A DNA stretch of 64,000 nt from Spirochaetota bacterium. Its GTDB lineage: Bacteria > Spirochaetota > UBA12135 > COTS27 > CBDBHE01. The stretch is from the NCBI GenBank assembly GCA_965205605.1, contig CBDBHE010000006.1, positions 160,001 through 224,000 on the forward strand, read 5' to 3'. Both the position numbers and the translations under genes were made by a program. The first letter of the stretch is position 1, and each line of letters starts with the position of its first letter. The notes under the pieces are model-generated. The model saw only the letters and a list, made by a program, of their open reading frames with translations. It searched no databases and was not told the DNA's origin. Shown piece after piece: positions 18,190-27,742 of this stretch.

Positions 18190-20628
18190 TTATGGTTGTT
18201 CAATTTCTTGAATAACCGCTATGTCAATAACAACGTCACCTTCTTTTACATTAACCAGTTTAGGTCCTTTGGCTTGTCTGCCTAGTTTAGAAATATCATT
18301 ACTATCCATACGAATAATGTTGCCTTTAGAAGTAATTGCTAAAATATTTTCATCTTCTCTAACAGAAGCAATAGCGGCAATATTACCTGTTTTATTATTT
18401 GTTTTCATACAAATTTGGCCTTTTCCAGCACGCCCTTTTGCTGAAAATTCTGAGAAATTAAGTTTTTTTCCAAGTCCTTTTTCAGAAATGAGTAATAAAG
18501 ATTTATTATTATCGACTTTTTGAATTCCGATGACATTGTCTTTAGTTGATAAATTAATGCCAATAACCCCCCCTGAGTTTCTACCCATTTTTCTAAAGTT
18601 TGATTCTTTGGTTCTAATAGCAAGGCCTTTTTTAGAAAAAATCATCAAATCATCTTCTTTTTGGATTTCAACAGTGCTTACAATCGTGTCTCCATTTTTT
18701 AAATTAATCGCTTGAATTCCTCTTTTTTTGGCATTAACAAAATCATTGACACTACATTTTTTAGCAATCCCTTTAGAAGTGACCATAAGAAAATTTTTTT
18801 TTTGTTCAAAATTTTTAAACGTAAGATACCCTTGGATTTCTTCATCGGATCTTAAGTTTAAAATCATTTTGATATGAGTGCCTTTAGCAATTCTTGAAGC
18901 TTGAGGAATTTCATGAATTTTTACATAATAAGCTTTCCCTAGGTTGGTAATAAACATAACGGTATCATGAGTGGTGGCAACAAATAAAAGAGAGACAATA
19001 TTTTCTTGGTTACTTGTTGAAAGATTTTTAATTCCAACTCCTCCTCGATTTTGTTTTTTGTAAGTTTCACTAGGAATTCGCTTTACATGACCTGTTTTAG
19101 TAAGTGAAATAACAACGGTTTCTTTTTCTATAAAATCTTCTTCTTTCAAGTTTTCTCCAAGAGAATCCATGATTTCAGTTTTTCGGTCTTTTCCATAATT
19201 GTCTTTTATGGCGAGAAGGTCTTTTTTAATCAAATCAAAGAGTTTGTCTTTGTTAGCTAGGAGATCTTTACATTTTTGAATAAAGATTTTTGTTTCTTTG
19301 TAATCTTTATTTAACTTATCAATTTCAAGAGAAACCAAGCGAGATAGTCGCATTTCTAAAATAGCGACCACCTGTTCATTAGAAAAGGAAAATTGACTAA
19401 TTAAGTCTTTTTTGGCTTTTTCAACGGTTTCATTGTTCCTAATAATTTTAATGACTTCTTCAATATGGCTGACTGCTTTAATGAGTCCTTCTAAAATATG
19501 GGCTTTGACTTCTGCTTTTTTGAGTTCGAAAGTAATTCTTCTCGTTTCAACTTCAAAACGATGTGCTACAAAATAAGAAATTATTTCTAGCAAATTTAAA
19601 GTCTGGGGTGATCTGTCTACAAGAACGACATTGTTAATTCCAAAACTATCTTCTAAAGGAGTGTGTTTATAAAGTTGATTAATCAATATTTGAGTGAATG
19701 TATTTTTTTTTAGCTCAATAACAACTCGCACTCCTTGTTTATCAGATTCATCTCTAATTTCTGTAATTCCTTTAAGGACTTCGTTTTTAGTCAAGGCAGC
19801 TATTTTTTTAATGAGCTCGGCTTTATTAATTTGATAAGGGATTTCTGTAATAATAATCGCTTCTTGATCTTTTCTAAAAGGTTCGATGTGGACTTTTGCT
19901 CTTATTTTAAAAATACCTTTGCCTGTCTCGTATCCTTTTTTAATGCCTTCTTTGCCATAAATAATGGCACCTGTTGGGAAATCAGGGCCTTTAATAAAAC
20001 GCATCATATCTTTGATAGTGCTTTCTTTTTGATGATTGATATAATAAATAATGGCATCAATAACTTCTCTTAAGTTATGAGGAGGAGAGTTTGTTGCCAT
20101 TCCAACAGCAATTCCTGAGCCACCATTAACGAGGAGATTTGGAAAGGCAGCAGGAAGCACGATTGGCTCTTTTTGAGAATCATCAAAAGTGTTTTGATAA
20201 TCGATGGTATTTTTTTCGATATCTTTTAACATTTGTTCGGAAATTTTTTCTAATCGACATTCTGTGTAACGCATCGCAGCTGCATTATCACCATCCATCG
20301 ACCCAAAGTTTCCTTGCCCGTTAATTAGGACATGACCCATAGAAAATTCTTGTGCCATTCTCACTAAAGCATCATAAATGGCTTGTTCTCCATGGGGGTG
20401 AAATTTACCCAACACTTCCCCTACCACCGTTGCACATTTTTTGTGAGGTCGATTGAAAACCATTCCCACTTTGTACATAGCAAATAAAATCCTTCTATGT
20501 ACAGGCTTAAGGCCATCTCTTACATCCGGTAAAGCTCGAGAAACAATTACGGACATAGCGTAATTTAAATAAGAAGTTTTTAATTCTTGTGAGATATTTC
20601 TAGGAATAATCGTTTCTGGCAAAACCAT
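18190..20628 (-). CDS. gyrA: DNA gyrase subunit A
   Basis: RALPDVRDGLKPVHRR, AAMRYTE, GyrA-box QNRGGVG, C-terminal beta-pinwheel repeats; true start may be TTG at 20622 given AAGGGG spacing. Confidence 0.97.
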   Translation of the reverse strand: MVLPETIIPRNISQELKTSYLNYAMSVIVSRALPDVRDGLKPVHRRILFAMYKVGMVFNRPHKKCATVVGEVLGKFHPHGEQAIYDALVRMAQEFSMGHVLINGQGNFGSMDGDNAAAMRYTECRLEKISEQMLKDIEKNTIDYQNTFDDSQKEPIVLPAAFPNLLVNGGSGIAVGMATNSPPHNLREVIDAIIYYINHQKESTIKDMMRFIKGPDFPTGAIIYGKEGIKKGYETGKGIFKIRAKVHIEPFRKDQEAIIITEIPYQINKAELIKKIAALTKNEVLKGITEIRDESDKQGVRVVIELKKNTFTQILINQLYKHTPLEDSFGINNVVLVDRSPQTLNLLEIISYFVAHRFEVETRRITFELKKAEVKAHILEGLIKAVSHIEEVIKIIRNNETVEKAKKDLISQFSFSNEQVVAILEMRLSRLVSLEIDKLNKDYKETKIFIQKCKDLLANKDKLFDLIKKDLLAIKDNYGKDRKTEIMDSLGENLKEEDFIEKETVVISLTKTGHVKRIPSETYKKQNRGGVGIKNLSTSNQENIVSLLFVATTHDTVMFITNLGKAYYVKIHEIPQASRIAKGTHIKMILNLRSDEEIQGYLTFKNFEQKKNFLMVTSKGIAKKCSVNDFVNAKKRGIQAINLKNGDTIVSTVEIQKEDDLMIFSKKGLAIRTKESNFRKMGRNSGGVIGINLSTKDNVIGIQKVDNNKSLLLISEKGLGKKLNFSEFSAKGRAGKGQICMKTNNKTGNIAAIASVREDENILAITSKGNIIRMDSNDISKLGRQAKGPKLVNVKEGDVVIDIAVIQEIEQP

Positions 20629-20720
20629 CCCCTTTTATTTTACTTAGATTATTGATAACTATTTTTATGCTATTAAAGACAAATAGAAATTCAAGTTAAA
20701 ATTCTATAATGTAACAAAAA

Positions 20721-21404
20721 TTATGTCAAAATCTTAAGAGCTCCTTCTTTAAGTTTATAAATTTTGTGACACTTCTTTGATAAACTAAGTGAATGAGTGA
20801 CAATAATAACGGTGGTTTTGTTCTTTTTGCTTAAAGCTAACAAAAGATTAAAAATTTTTTCACTATTTCTTGTATCTAAATTACCCGTAGGTTCATCAGC
20901 TAAAATGATTTTTGGCTTATTGATAATCGCTCTTGCAATAGCAATACGTTGTAGTTCTCCACCAGAAAGCTCTCCGGTAAGATGATTTTTTTGTTCTAAT
21001 AAATCAACTTTTTTTAAAAGAGAGAGTGCTTTTTCCTCGGCTTCTTTTTTGTTTTTTAAATAAATCATTTGAGGAATCATTAAATTTTCAAAAGCTGTGA
21101 AATCTTTAAGTAAATGATGTTGTTGAAAAATAAAACCAATATTTTGATTGCGATAATAAGCAAGTTTTGATTCTTTTAAGTTTGTAATCGCTTGATTATT
21201 AATAATAATCGATCCTTTGTCTACTTGATCCAATCCCCCAACCACATTGAGTAAAGTTGATTTTCCAGCACCACTTTCACCTACAATAGCGATGAGTTCT
21301 CCTTGAGTAATTTTTAAGTTAATATTTTTTAAAATAGTGTTTTTTTTTTCTTTCGAAGAATAACTTTTATCAATTTCTTTGATTTCAATAAAGTGATTAT
21401 TCAT
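20721..21404 (-). CDS. lolD: Lipoprotein-releasing ABC transporter ATP-binding protein
   Basis: GESGAGKST, GFIFQQHHLL, LSGGE, ADEPTGNLD; overlaps the LolC/E gene. Confidence 0.9.
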   Translation of the reverse strand: MNNHFIEIKEIDKSYSSKEKKNTILKNINLKITQGELIAIVGESGAGKSTLLNVVGGLDQVDKGSIIINNQAITNLKESKLAYYRNQNIGFIFQQHHLLKDFTAFENLMIPQMIYLKNKKEAEEKALSLLKKVDLLEQKNHLTGELSGGELQRIAIARAIINKPKIILADEPTGNLDTRNSEKIFNLLLALSKKNKTTVIIVTHSLSLSKKCHKIYKLKEGALKILT

Positions 21405-22710
21405 ATCGCATCACTTCTACAGGTTTTAATTTAGCAGCTTTCGAAGAAGGAAGCAGTCCTGCCAAAACAGATAATATCATCGCTAAAACAACTAGTAAAA
21501 AAGCTCTGCTAAGACTGATATCAATGGGAATCTTTTCAAAATAATAAACTTCTTTTGGAAAAAAATAAAAAGAAGTTGTTTCCAATGAATTGGAAGTAAA
21601 AAGGTTTAAAAAATAAAAAATTCCTTTTTTAAAAAAATTAATGAGTATTTCAATAACAAAAAGCACTTGTTTTAAGTATTTTGCCAAAATCGTTCCCATC
21701 AAAGCCCCTAAACTTGCACTAACACTAGTAATCATTAATCCTTCTATTAAAAATATTTTTTTTATATGAGTTGGTCCCATGCCTAATGTTTTTAAAATCC
21801 CTATTTCTTTTTTCTTTTCAATGACCAGCATAATTTGAGAACTCATCACGTTAAAAATAGCAACAACTAATACCATCGCCATAATTACCCACATTAAAGT
21901 TCTTTCTGTTGCAAGGGCTTTAAAAAGATTGGCATTACTATTTTGCCAAGTTGAAAAATAATACCGATACCCATATTTTTGAGTCAATTTTTTAATAACA
22001 GGTTTGGTTTTCCAAATATTTTTAACTTTAATATCAATAGAATTAACTTTGCTTCCTAAATTAAACTCACTTTGAAGTGTTTTTAAAGAAAGATAAATCA
22101 CAGAATTATCATATTCATAATAACCGGTTTTAAAGATACCTGTTGGGTATGCTTTTAAAATAGTAGGTTTTTTTGCTAAAGAAATGGTGTCTTTCATTGT
22201 GATAATAGATAAGCGAGTGTGAAGATTAATAAAGTGATTTTTGGCTAATTCATTTCCTATAAGAGCATAATATTTTCTAGAAAGATCTTTTTTCCCTCTT
22301 TGAATGTAAAGAATTTTTGAAAGCTCAGGATCTTGTTTAAAACTATTTTGATGAAGCCCTCGAATGACAATTGGTTTTAATTCTTGATCAAGTTTAAGCA
22401 TGCCTTGAGTTTCTATGTAAGGGATAACAGAGGCCACATTTTTGATCTTAGAAATTTCTTTAATAAGAGTAGGGTAGTTTTGGAAGTTTTTGTTTCTTTT
22501 TGCTTGAATCGTAATATGTCCTTGAATTCCCAAGATTTTTTCTCTAATTTCTTTTTGAAACCCTGAAAAAACAGACATAATTAAAATAGGCCCTAAGACA
22601 CCTAAAAAAACACCAATAAAAGCAAAAAAACTAACAAGAGAAAGAAGATTCTTTTTCCTCCCTTTATTAAGAAGGTAGCGATAACTAATAAAAAATTCTA
22701 CCGGCATCAT
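21397..22710 (-). CDS. lolC: Lipoprotein-releasing ABC transporter permease LolC/E
   Basis: FISYRYL, MSVFSGFQ, GIFKTGYYEYD, EIGILKTLG, PVEVMRYE. Confidence 0.88.
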   Translation of the reverse strand: MMPVEFFISYRYLLNKGRKKNLLSLVSFFAFIGVFLGVLGPILIMSVFSGFQKEIREKILGIQGHITIQAKRNKNFQNYPTLIKEISKIKNVASVIPYIETQGMLKLDQELKPIVIRGLHQNSFKQDPELSKILYIQRGKKDLSRKYYALIGNELAKNHFINLHTRLSIITMKDTISLAKKPTILKAYPTGIFKTGYYEYDNSVIYLSLKTLQSEFNLGSKVNSIDIKVKNIWKTKPVIKKLTQKYGYRYYFSTWQNSNANLFKALATERTLMWVIMAMVLVVAIFNVMSSQIMLVIEKKKEIGILKTLGMGPTHIKKIFLIEGLMITSVSASLGALMGTILAKYLKQVLFVIEILINFFKKGIFYFLNLFTSNSLETTSFYFFPKEVYYFEKIPIDISLSRAFLLVVLAMILSVLAGLLPSSKAAKLKPVEVMRYE

Positions 22711-22795
22711 TGTTTTAATTATACTTTGAAGTTAGCTCAAAAAAATTCATTGAGACAAAATTTATAAAACGTCTTTTTAAAGAATAAAGAAAAAA

Positions 22796-23281
22796 TTAAA
22801 AAAATTTTTGAAGCCAAGTTTTTTTAGCTTCTACTTCCCATTTTCCTAAGCGAAGTTGTTTAAGTGTACTAATGCTATTATCAAAAATAATTGTATTAGA
22901 GGAAATGATTTTTTTTCTTATCAGTAAATTAATATCAAAGCGATTGAAATGATCGATCTTATTTTTTTTGTCTTGATAAAAAATAAGACTTTTATCAAGA
23001 GCTTTTAAATGATATGTTGATTCTAAATCTTTAAAAATTCTAACACTGCTGTCTATTGAGCAACCACTGATCATTTTTTCTTCATTAACTAAAAGTGCAA
23101 ATTGATCATAAATGATTTGATAACTCCCTTTAGTTTTTGTCTCATGGCTCATCCAGTGTTGAGTAAAATCTTTTAGAGTTGTTTCAACAATTGCTTTTTC
23201 TTTTTTATTTAAAGGATCACAAAAAGCATAAACCCACAATTTGGAACTATCTTCAAAATTAGAAAAAAAAGTTTTTAGCAT
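22796..23281 (-). CDS. Conserved hypothetical protein with SGCSID motif (family often mislabelled 'ABC transporter ATPase')
   Basis: SSKLWVY, WMSH, ISGCSIDSSVR, IFDNSI, KKTW; no Walker A motif. Confidence 0.75.
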   Translation of the reverse strand: MLKTFFSNFEDSSKLWVYAFCDPLNKKEKAIVETTLKDFTQHWMSHETKTKGSYQIIYDQFALLVNEEKMISGCSIDSSVRIFKDLESTYHLKALDKSLIFYQDKKNKIDHFNRFDINLLIRKKIISSNTIIFDNSISTLKQLRLGKWEVEAKKTWLQKFF

Positions 23282-23284
23282 CTC

Positions 23285-25849
23285 TTATTTTAGTATGTTA
23301 CTAATAATTTCGTTTAAATCTTTAGAAATAGGCTGACTTTGAATCCTTAACATTGCTTTTTCCATTTTTTCCTTTATGGAAGAAGGGAGGTTTTTAAAAT
23401 AATTAAAACTACTGGCTATTCGAGCTGCAATTTGAGGGTTGTAAACATCTATCTTAATGATTTTTTTTGCCAAAAACTCATACCCTTTTCCAGAAGGATG
23501 ATTAAAATAAAGCAAATTAAATTGACTAAAATTTTTATAAAGAGCCATTAATTTATTAGGACTATAAATATCAAAAGAAGGGTGATTTTCTAAAGAGCTG
23601 AGTCTTTTAAAAATAGAAGGCTCTTCGATACGTGCTTGAATAGAAAAGTATTTGTTCATGACTAACGAATCATTTTGGTATTTTTTTTCGAAAATTTTTA
23701 TAGCTTTTTCATGATAAGGTGTGTAAAAAACAAGATAAGAAAAATTAATTAATCGAGTATTCATTGTTTTAGCATCTTGAAATTGCTTGTAAACAAGGTC
23801 AAAATATTCTTGTTTTTTGAGAATGACTAAGAAGTAAAGCAATCGATTTTTCCATGCTCTTTCTTGATAAGTAAGCTCTTCAAATGATTTTTTGGCATAT
23901 TTTTTGTAATTTTCTAAAAAAAAGTCTTTGTTTAAATTAGCAAAAGCAAAATCAAATTTTTTACAAAAAGAATGGATTTTTTTGATATCGATAACCTGCT
24001 GCTTGTTGAGATAGTGAAGAGGACTTGGAAATGTAAAACACTCTGATTTATAGTCTGGATCAAATTTTGGGTTTTGAGCGATTTGAAGTAAGGTTTCATT
24101 AAATGTTTTTGGGACTTTGATTTTATTGTCTTTAGAATAATTTAAAAAAAGCCTATCGACGATATTCATGGTGAGCTCCCATTGATTAAAAAGGTTTTTT
24201 TCAAAAGGATATTTTTGAAGCAAGTCTTTTAAATGGTTTGATTCTTTAATAATAACAGGGCAAATAAAATCTTCGTTAATAGATAAGAAAGGTTTTTGAG
24301 AAATGTTTTTAAATATCATTTTTTTTTTTCTTTTATTAAAAAGAATCAAAGAAGAAAAAATAGTTTTTTTAGAAGTAAAAAGAGATATTTTTAAAGGGAA
24401 AAGGAGTGGTTTTTCAAGCTTATGTTTTTTAATAGATTGGTGAATCTCAAGGATAAATTGTTCTTTTTTTTTAGAATATTCTTTGTTAATGGTTAAAATA
24501 GGGGTTCCTTTTTGATGGTACCAACGTTTAAATTGTTTCAGTTTTATTTTAGAAACGCTTTGCATTGAATGTAAAAAATCTTCAATGGTACTTGCTTTCC
24601 CGTCATATTTTATCAGATATTTTTTAATGCCTCGATAAAAAACGTCTTTTGTAAGAAGAGTAAATAGCATTCGAATCACAGCAGCTCCTTTTTCATAAAC
24701 CGTTGTTGTGTAAAAATTTCTAATTTCTAAGTATTCACTAGGTTGAATGGAATGAGCATGGTTACTGAGGTCTTCTGTAAATTGATTTTGTTTGATAACA
24801 ATGGCGTCTTGAATGCGCTTTACTGTTTTTGAGTGAAAAGATGCTGTAAAGCATTGGTCTCTAAAAACAGTCAAACCTTCTTTTAAAGTGAGCTGAAACC
24901 AATCTCTTATTGTGATTCGATTTCCTGTCCAATTGTGAAAATATTCGTGAGCGACAATGTTTTCAATTCTTACATATTCAGCATCTGTTGTGGTATCAGG
25001 GCTGACCAAGATCAAATTGGCATTAAAAATATTTAGCCCTTTATTTTCCATTGCTCCTGAGTTAAATGATTCAATGGCTACAATATTATAATGTTTCAAA
25101 TCATATTCTAATCCATAAACTTCTTCGTCCCATTTCATTGCTTTTTTGAGCGAACTGGCAGCATGGTGACATTTATGTGTTTCTCCTTTAGTTGTATAAA
25201 TTTTAATATTTACCTTTTTTTTACTTTTAGTTTCATAATAGTCTTGATAAAACAGTAAGTCTCCTGCAACAAGAGCATATAAATAAGAAGGTTTTGGTAA
25301 AGGGTCTTTCCAAATAGCCCAGTGAGTTTTGTCTTTATTTTCTCCAAAATTTTCTAAATTGCCATTTGATAAAATCACAGGGTATTGATCTTTGTTAGCG
25401 GTAATACGTGTTGAAAAAATAGCTAAGTTATCAGGTCTATCAATAAAAAAAGTAATTTTTCTAAATCCTTCTGCTTCATTTTGAGTACAAAGGATATTTC
25501 TAGCGAGATAAAGTCCTTCTAAGGACTTGTTATTTTGAGGGTACAGCCTTACGGTGCTTTCTAAAGTAAAAGCATCGGGTGGATTTTTAATAATCAAGTG
25601 AGAATCTTTTTTAATATATTGCTTTTTTCTAAGAGAGGTTTCATTTAATGAAAGAGATAAGCATTCTAAATTTTCTCCGTCAAGGACAAGGTTTTGTTTA
25701 AAAAGAGTTTTAATTTTTTTTTTTACAAAAAGTTTGCTTTTTACTAAAGTATGTTGTTTTTTAATAACAATATCCAAATCAATTTTAGAGATTGAAAAAA
25801 TAGAAGGTGTATAATCTTTTATGAAAGTTTTTTTAATTTTTTTTGACAT
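23285..25849 (-). CDS. pepN: Aminopeptidase N (M1)
   Basis: TQNEAEGFR, GAMENKGLNIFN, HEYFHNWTGNR..KEG, NFYTTTVYEKG, NPQIAAR. Confidence 0.97.
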   Translation of the reverse strand: MSKKIKKTFIKDYTPSIFSISKIDLDIVIKKQHTLVKSKLFVKKKIKTLFKQNLVLDGENLECLSLSLNETSLRKKQYIKKDSHLIIKNPPDAFTLESTVRLYPQNNKSLEGLYLARNILCTQNEAEGFRKITFFIDRPDNLAIFSTRITANKDQYPVILSNGNLENFGENKDKTHWAIWKDPLPKPSYLYALVAGDLLFYQDYYETKSKKKVNIKIYTTKGETHKCHHAASSLKKAMKWDEEVYGLEYDLKHYNIVAIESFNSGAMENKGLNIFNANLILVSPDTTTDAEYVRIENIVAHEYFHNWTGNRITIRDWFQLTLKEGLTVFRDQCFTASFHSKTVKRIQDAIVIKQNQFTEDLSNHAHSIQPSEYLEIRNFYTTTVYEKGAAVIRMLFTLLTKDVFYRGIKKYLIKYDGKASTIEDFLHSMQSVSKIKLKQFKRWYHQKGTPILTINKEYSKKKEQFILEIHQSIKKHKLEKPLLFPLKISLFTSKKTIFSSLILFNKRKKKMIFKNISQKPFLSINEDFICPVIIKESNHLKDLLQKYPFEKNLFNQWELTMNIVDRLFLNYSKDNKIKVPKTFNETLLQIAQNPKFDPDYKSECFTFPSPLHYLNKQQVIDIKKIHSFCKKFDFAFANLNKDFFLENYKKYAKKSFEELTYQERAWKNRLLYFLVILKKQEYFDLVYKQFQDAKTMNTRLINFSYLVFYTPYHEKAIKIFEKKYQNDSLVMNKYFSIQARIEEPSIFKRLSSLENHPSFDIYSPNKLMALYKNFSQFNLLYFNHPSGKGYEFLAKKIIKIDVYNPQIAARIASSFNYFKNLPSSIKEKMEKAMLRIQSQPISKDLNEIISNILK

Positions 25850-25914
25850 TATTTTAGTTTTATTTTTTAAAAAGAAATTTTAATACGTTGTTTTTTTTAA
25901 AAGAAAAAAAAGCT

Positions 25915-27015
25915 TTATTGATAAAGAGAATTATATTGCTCTATGATTTCATTCATGGCAAATCGTTTTCTAGCTGAATCATAAGCGTTTTTTGATAAAA
26001 CTTCCCATTTTTTAGGGTTGTTAATAAGGCTAAGAGCAATTTCAGTAGCTTTACTAATGTCTTTTGGCTCAAAAAGATACCCGTCTTTTCCTTCGATAAC
26101 GACTTCGCTCACTCCCCCGACTCGTGTTGAAATCACAGGGACTCCACAAGCCATTGCTTCTAAAGCAGCTAGTCCAAACGATTCGTCTTGACTGGTTGAT
26201 AAAAAGAAAGAAGCTTTTTTTAAAAAATGGGCTGGATTTACTTGAATCCCTAAAAATTTTACTTTATCTTCAATATTAAGTTTTTTACAAAGAGTAAGCA
26301 TACGATGTTCTAAAGGCCCTTCACCTACTACCCAAAGAAAACATTTTTTTGAAGTTTTTTTTTGAATTTGATCAAATATTTTAATTGTCTCAAGGGGATT
26401 TTTAACAACTCTTAAGTTGGAAGAATGAAAGAAGATAATGGGGTTTTCTAATTTTTTATTTTCTTTCATTTTATAATAATTTGGATTGACGAAATTATAA
26501 ATTGTTTGAATTTTATTTGGATTAATTTGAAAAAATTTCTCTGTTTTTTCTTTTAAATAATTACTAACAACAGTGATTTTATCGGAATTTTCGATGGCAT
26601 ATTTAGTAATGTGAATCATGGATGAATGAGACCCTACAATTGTAATGTCGGTGCCGTGTAAAGTTGTAATGCATTTAACTTTTTTTTTTGATATTTGTTT
26701 TGCTAAAATCGCTGCAATAGCATGAGGGATGGCGTAATGACTGTGAATAACATGAATGTTCATTCTTTCAACCAGCTCGGCTAATTGAGAAGCTAAAGCA
26801 AGAGTATAGGGTTGAAAATCAAAAACAGGGTATTCTTTTATAGAGATTTTGTGATAATGAATTTTTTCATTAAAATTTTCTTGATATCTAAAAGGATGTT
26901 GAAGACCAACAAAATGAACATGGTAATTTTTTTTCTCTGCCATGGCTTTACCAATTTCGTAAGCGACAATACCAGATCCACCCAATCGATGAAAATTTAA
27001 AATAGCAATATTCAT
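25915..27015 (-). CDS. bshA: N-acetyl-alpha-D-glucosaminyl L-malate synthase BshA
   Basis: GGSGIVAYEIG, HSHYAIPHA, TTLHGTDITIVG, ESFGLAALEAMACGVPV; adjacent to bshB/bshC. Confidence 0.95.
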   Translation of the reverse strand: MNIAILNFHRLGGSGIVAYEIGKAMAEKKNYHVHFVGLQHPFRYQENFNEKIHYHKISIKEYPVFDFQPYTLALASQLAELVERMNIHVIHSHYAIPHAIAAILAKQISKKKVKCITTLHGTDITIVGSHSSMIHITKYAIENSDKITVVSNYLKEKTEKFFQINPNKIQTIYNFVNPNYYKMKENKKLENPIIFFHSSNLRVVKNPLETIKIFDQIQKKTSKKCFLWVVGEGPLEHRMLTLCKKLNIEDKVKFLGIQVNPAHFLKKASFFLSTSQDESFGLAALEAMACGVPVISTRVGGVSEVVIEGKDGYLFEPKDISKATEIALSLINNPKKWEVLSKNAYDSARKRFAMNEIIEQYNSLYQ

Positions 27016-27016
27016 T

Positions 27017-27742
27017 TTATTTTTTTTCTATATGAGCTAAAGGATCTTCTATTTTTAAAGGAGCATTAAAAAAAAACCCTTCTGCATAAGGCACACCGAT
27101 TAAACTTCCAAAGTACTTTGATTTTGAAATCAAAAGTTGCCAAAAGTGTGTTGATTTAATAAAGGTTTTGCTAGGCTGCTTTTCATCTTTTTCAGTGAAG
27201 ACCTGACTTTGATAACATTTTATAGCTTCTAATTTTTTTTCCCAAACAGGAGTAATATCAATAATAAAATCAGGTCTTTGAGTTGAGAAAAATTCGTTAA
27301 ATTGAAACAAGGTTTTTGGTTTATGTGCTTTTGTGTCTTTAATGTTTATTTTTTGAAGTCCAGAGAGAAAAAAACATTCTTGGATCATTTGGCCTGTGTA
27401 ATAATGATCTGGATGCCGTATCAGAGATCCTCCAAAACTAATCAGTGCTTGGGGTTGATAAGTGCGAATAACTTTAATAATTTTTTTTCTTGATGCTTCG
27501 TTATTTCTGATATTGCCATCGGGCAAATCAAGAGTAATTCTTTTGTCCAACTGTAAAGTTTTAGTTGCGTTTTCTGTTTCTTTTTTTCTTTTTTTTTCAT
27601 CTCCCAAGGTCCCTGCTTCTCCTTTGGATAAGTCACAAATGCCAATAGTATATCCTTTTTTTTTTAACATCATTAAGGTCCCACTTACAAAAAATTCACA
27701 GTCATCTGGGTGAGAACCAATAGCAAGATAATCTATTTTCAT
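27017..27742 (-). CDS. bshB1: Bacillithiol biosynthesis deacetylase BshB1 (PIG-L family)
   Basis: SHPDDCE, DLSKGEAGTLG, RHPDH, YQSQ, YAEGF. Confidence 0.92.
   Translation of the reverse strand: MKIDYLAIGSHPDDCEFFVSGTLMMLKKKGYTIGICDLSKGEAGTLGDEKKRKKETENATKTLQLDKRITLDLPDGNIRNNEASRKKIIKVIRTYQPQALISFGGSLIRHPDHYYTGQMIQECFFLSGLQKINIKDTKAHKPKTLFQFNEFFSTQRPDFIIDITPVWEKKLEAIKCYQSQVFTEKDEKQPSKTFIKSTHFWQLLISKSKYFGSLIGVPYAEGFFFNAPLKIEDPLAHIEKK

Noticed and set aside
18190-19171. Separately translated GyrA C-terminal domain like Borrelia Gac, from the internal Met in EIMDSL
   Set aside because: No Shine-Dalgarno or clear internal promoter visible
19735-20073. 112-aa ORF antisense to gyrA, and similar short shadow ORFs at 18221, 30342, 53797, 55153 and 59991
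   Set aside because: Fully or mostly overlap well-supported genes on the opposite strand and show no recognisable motifs
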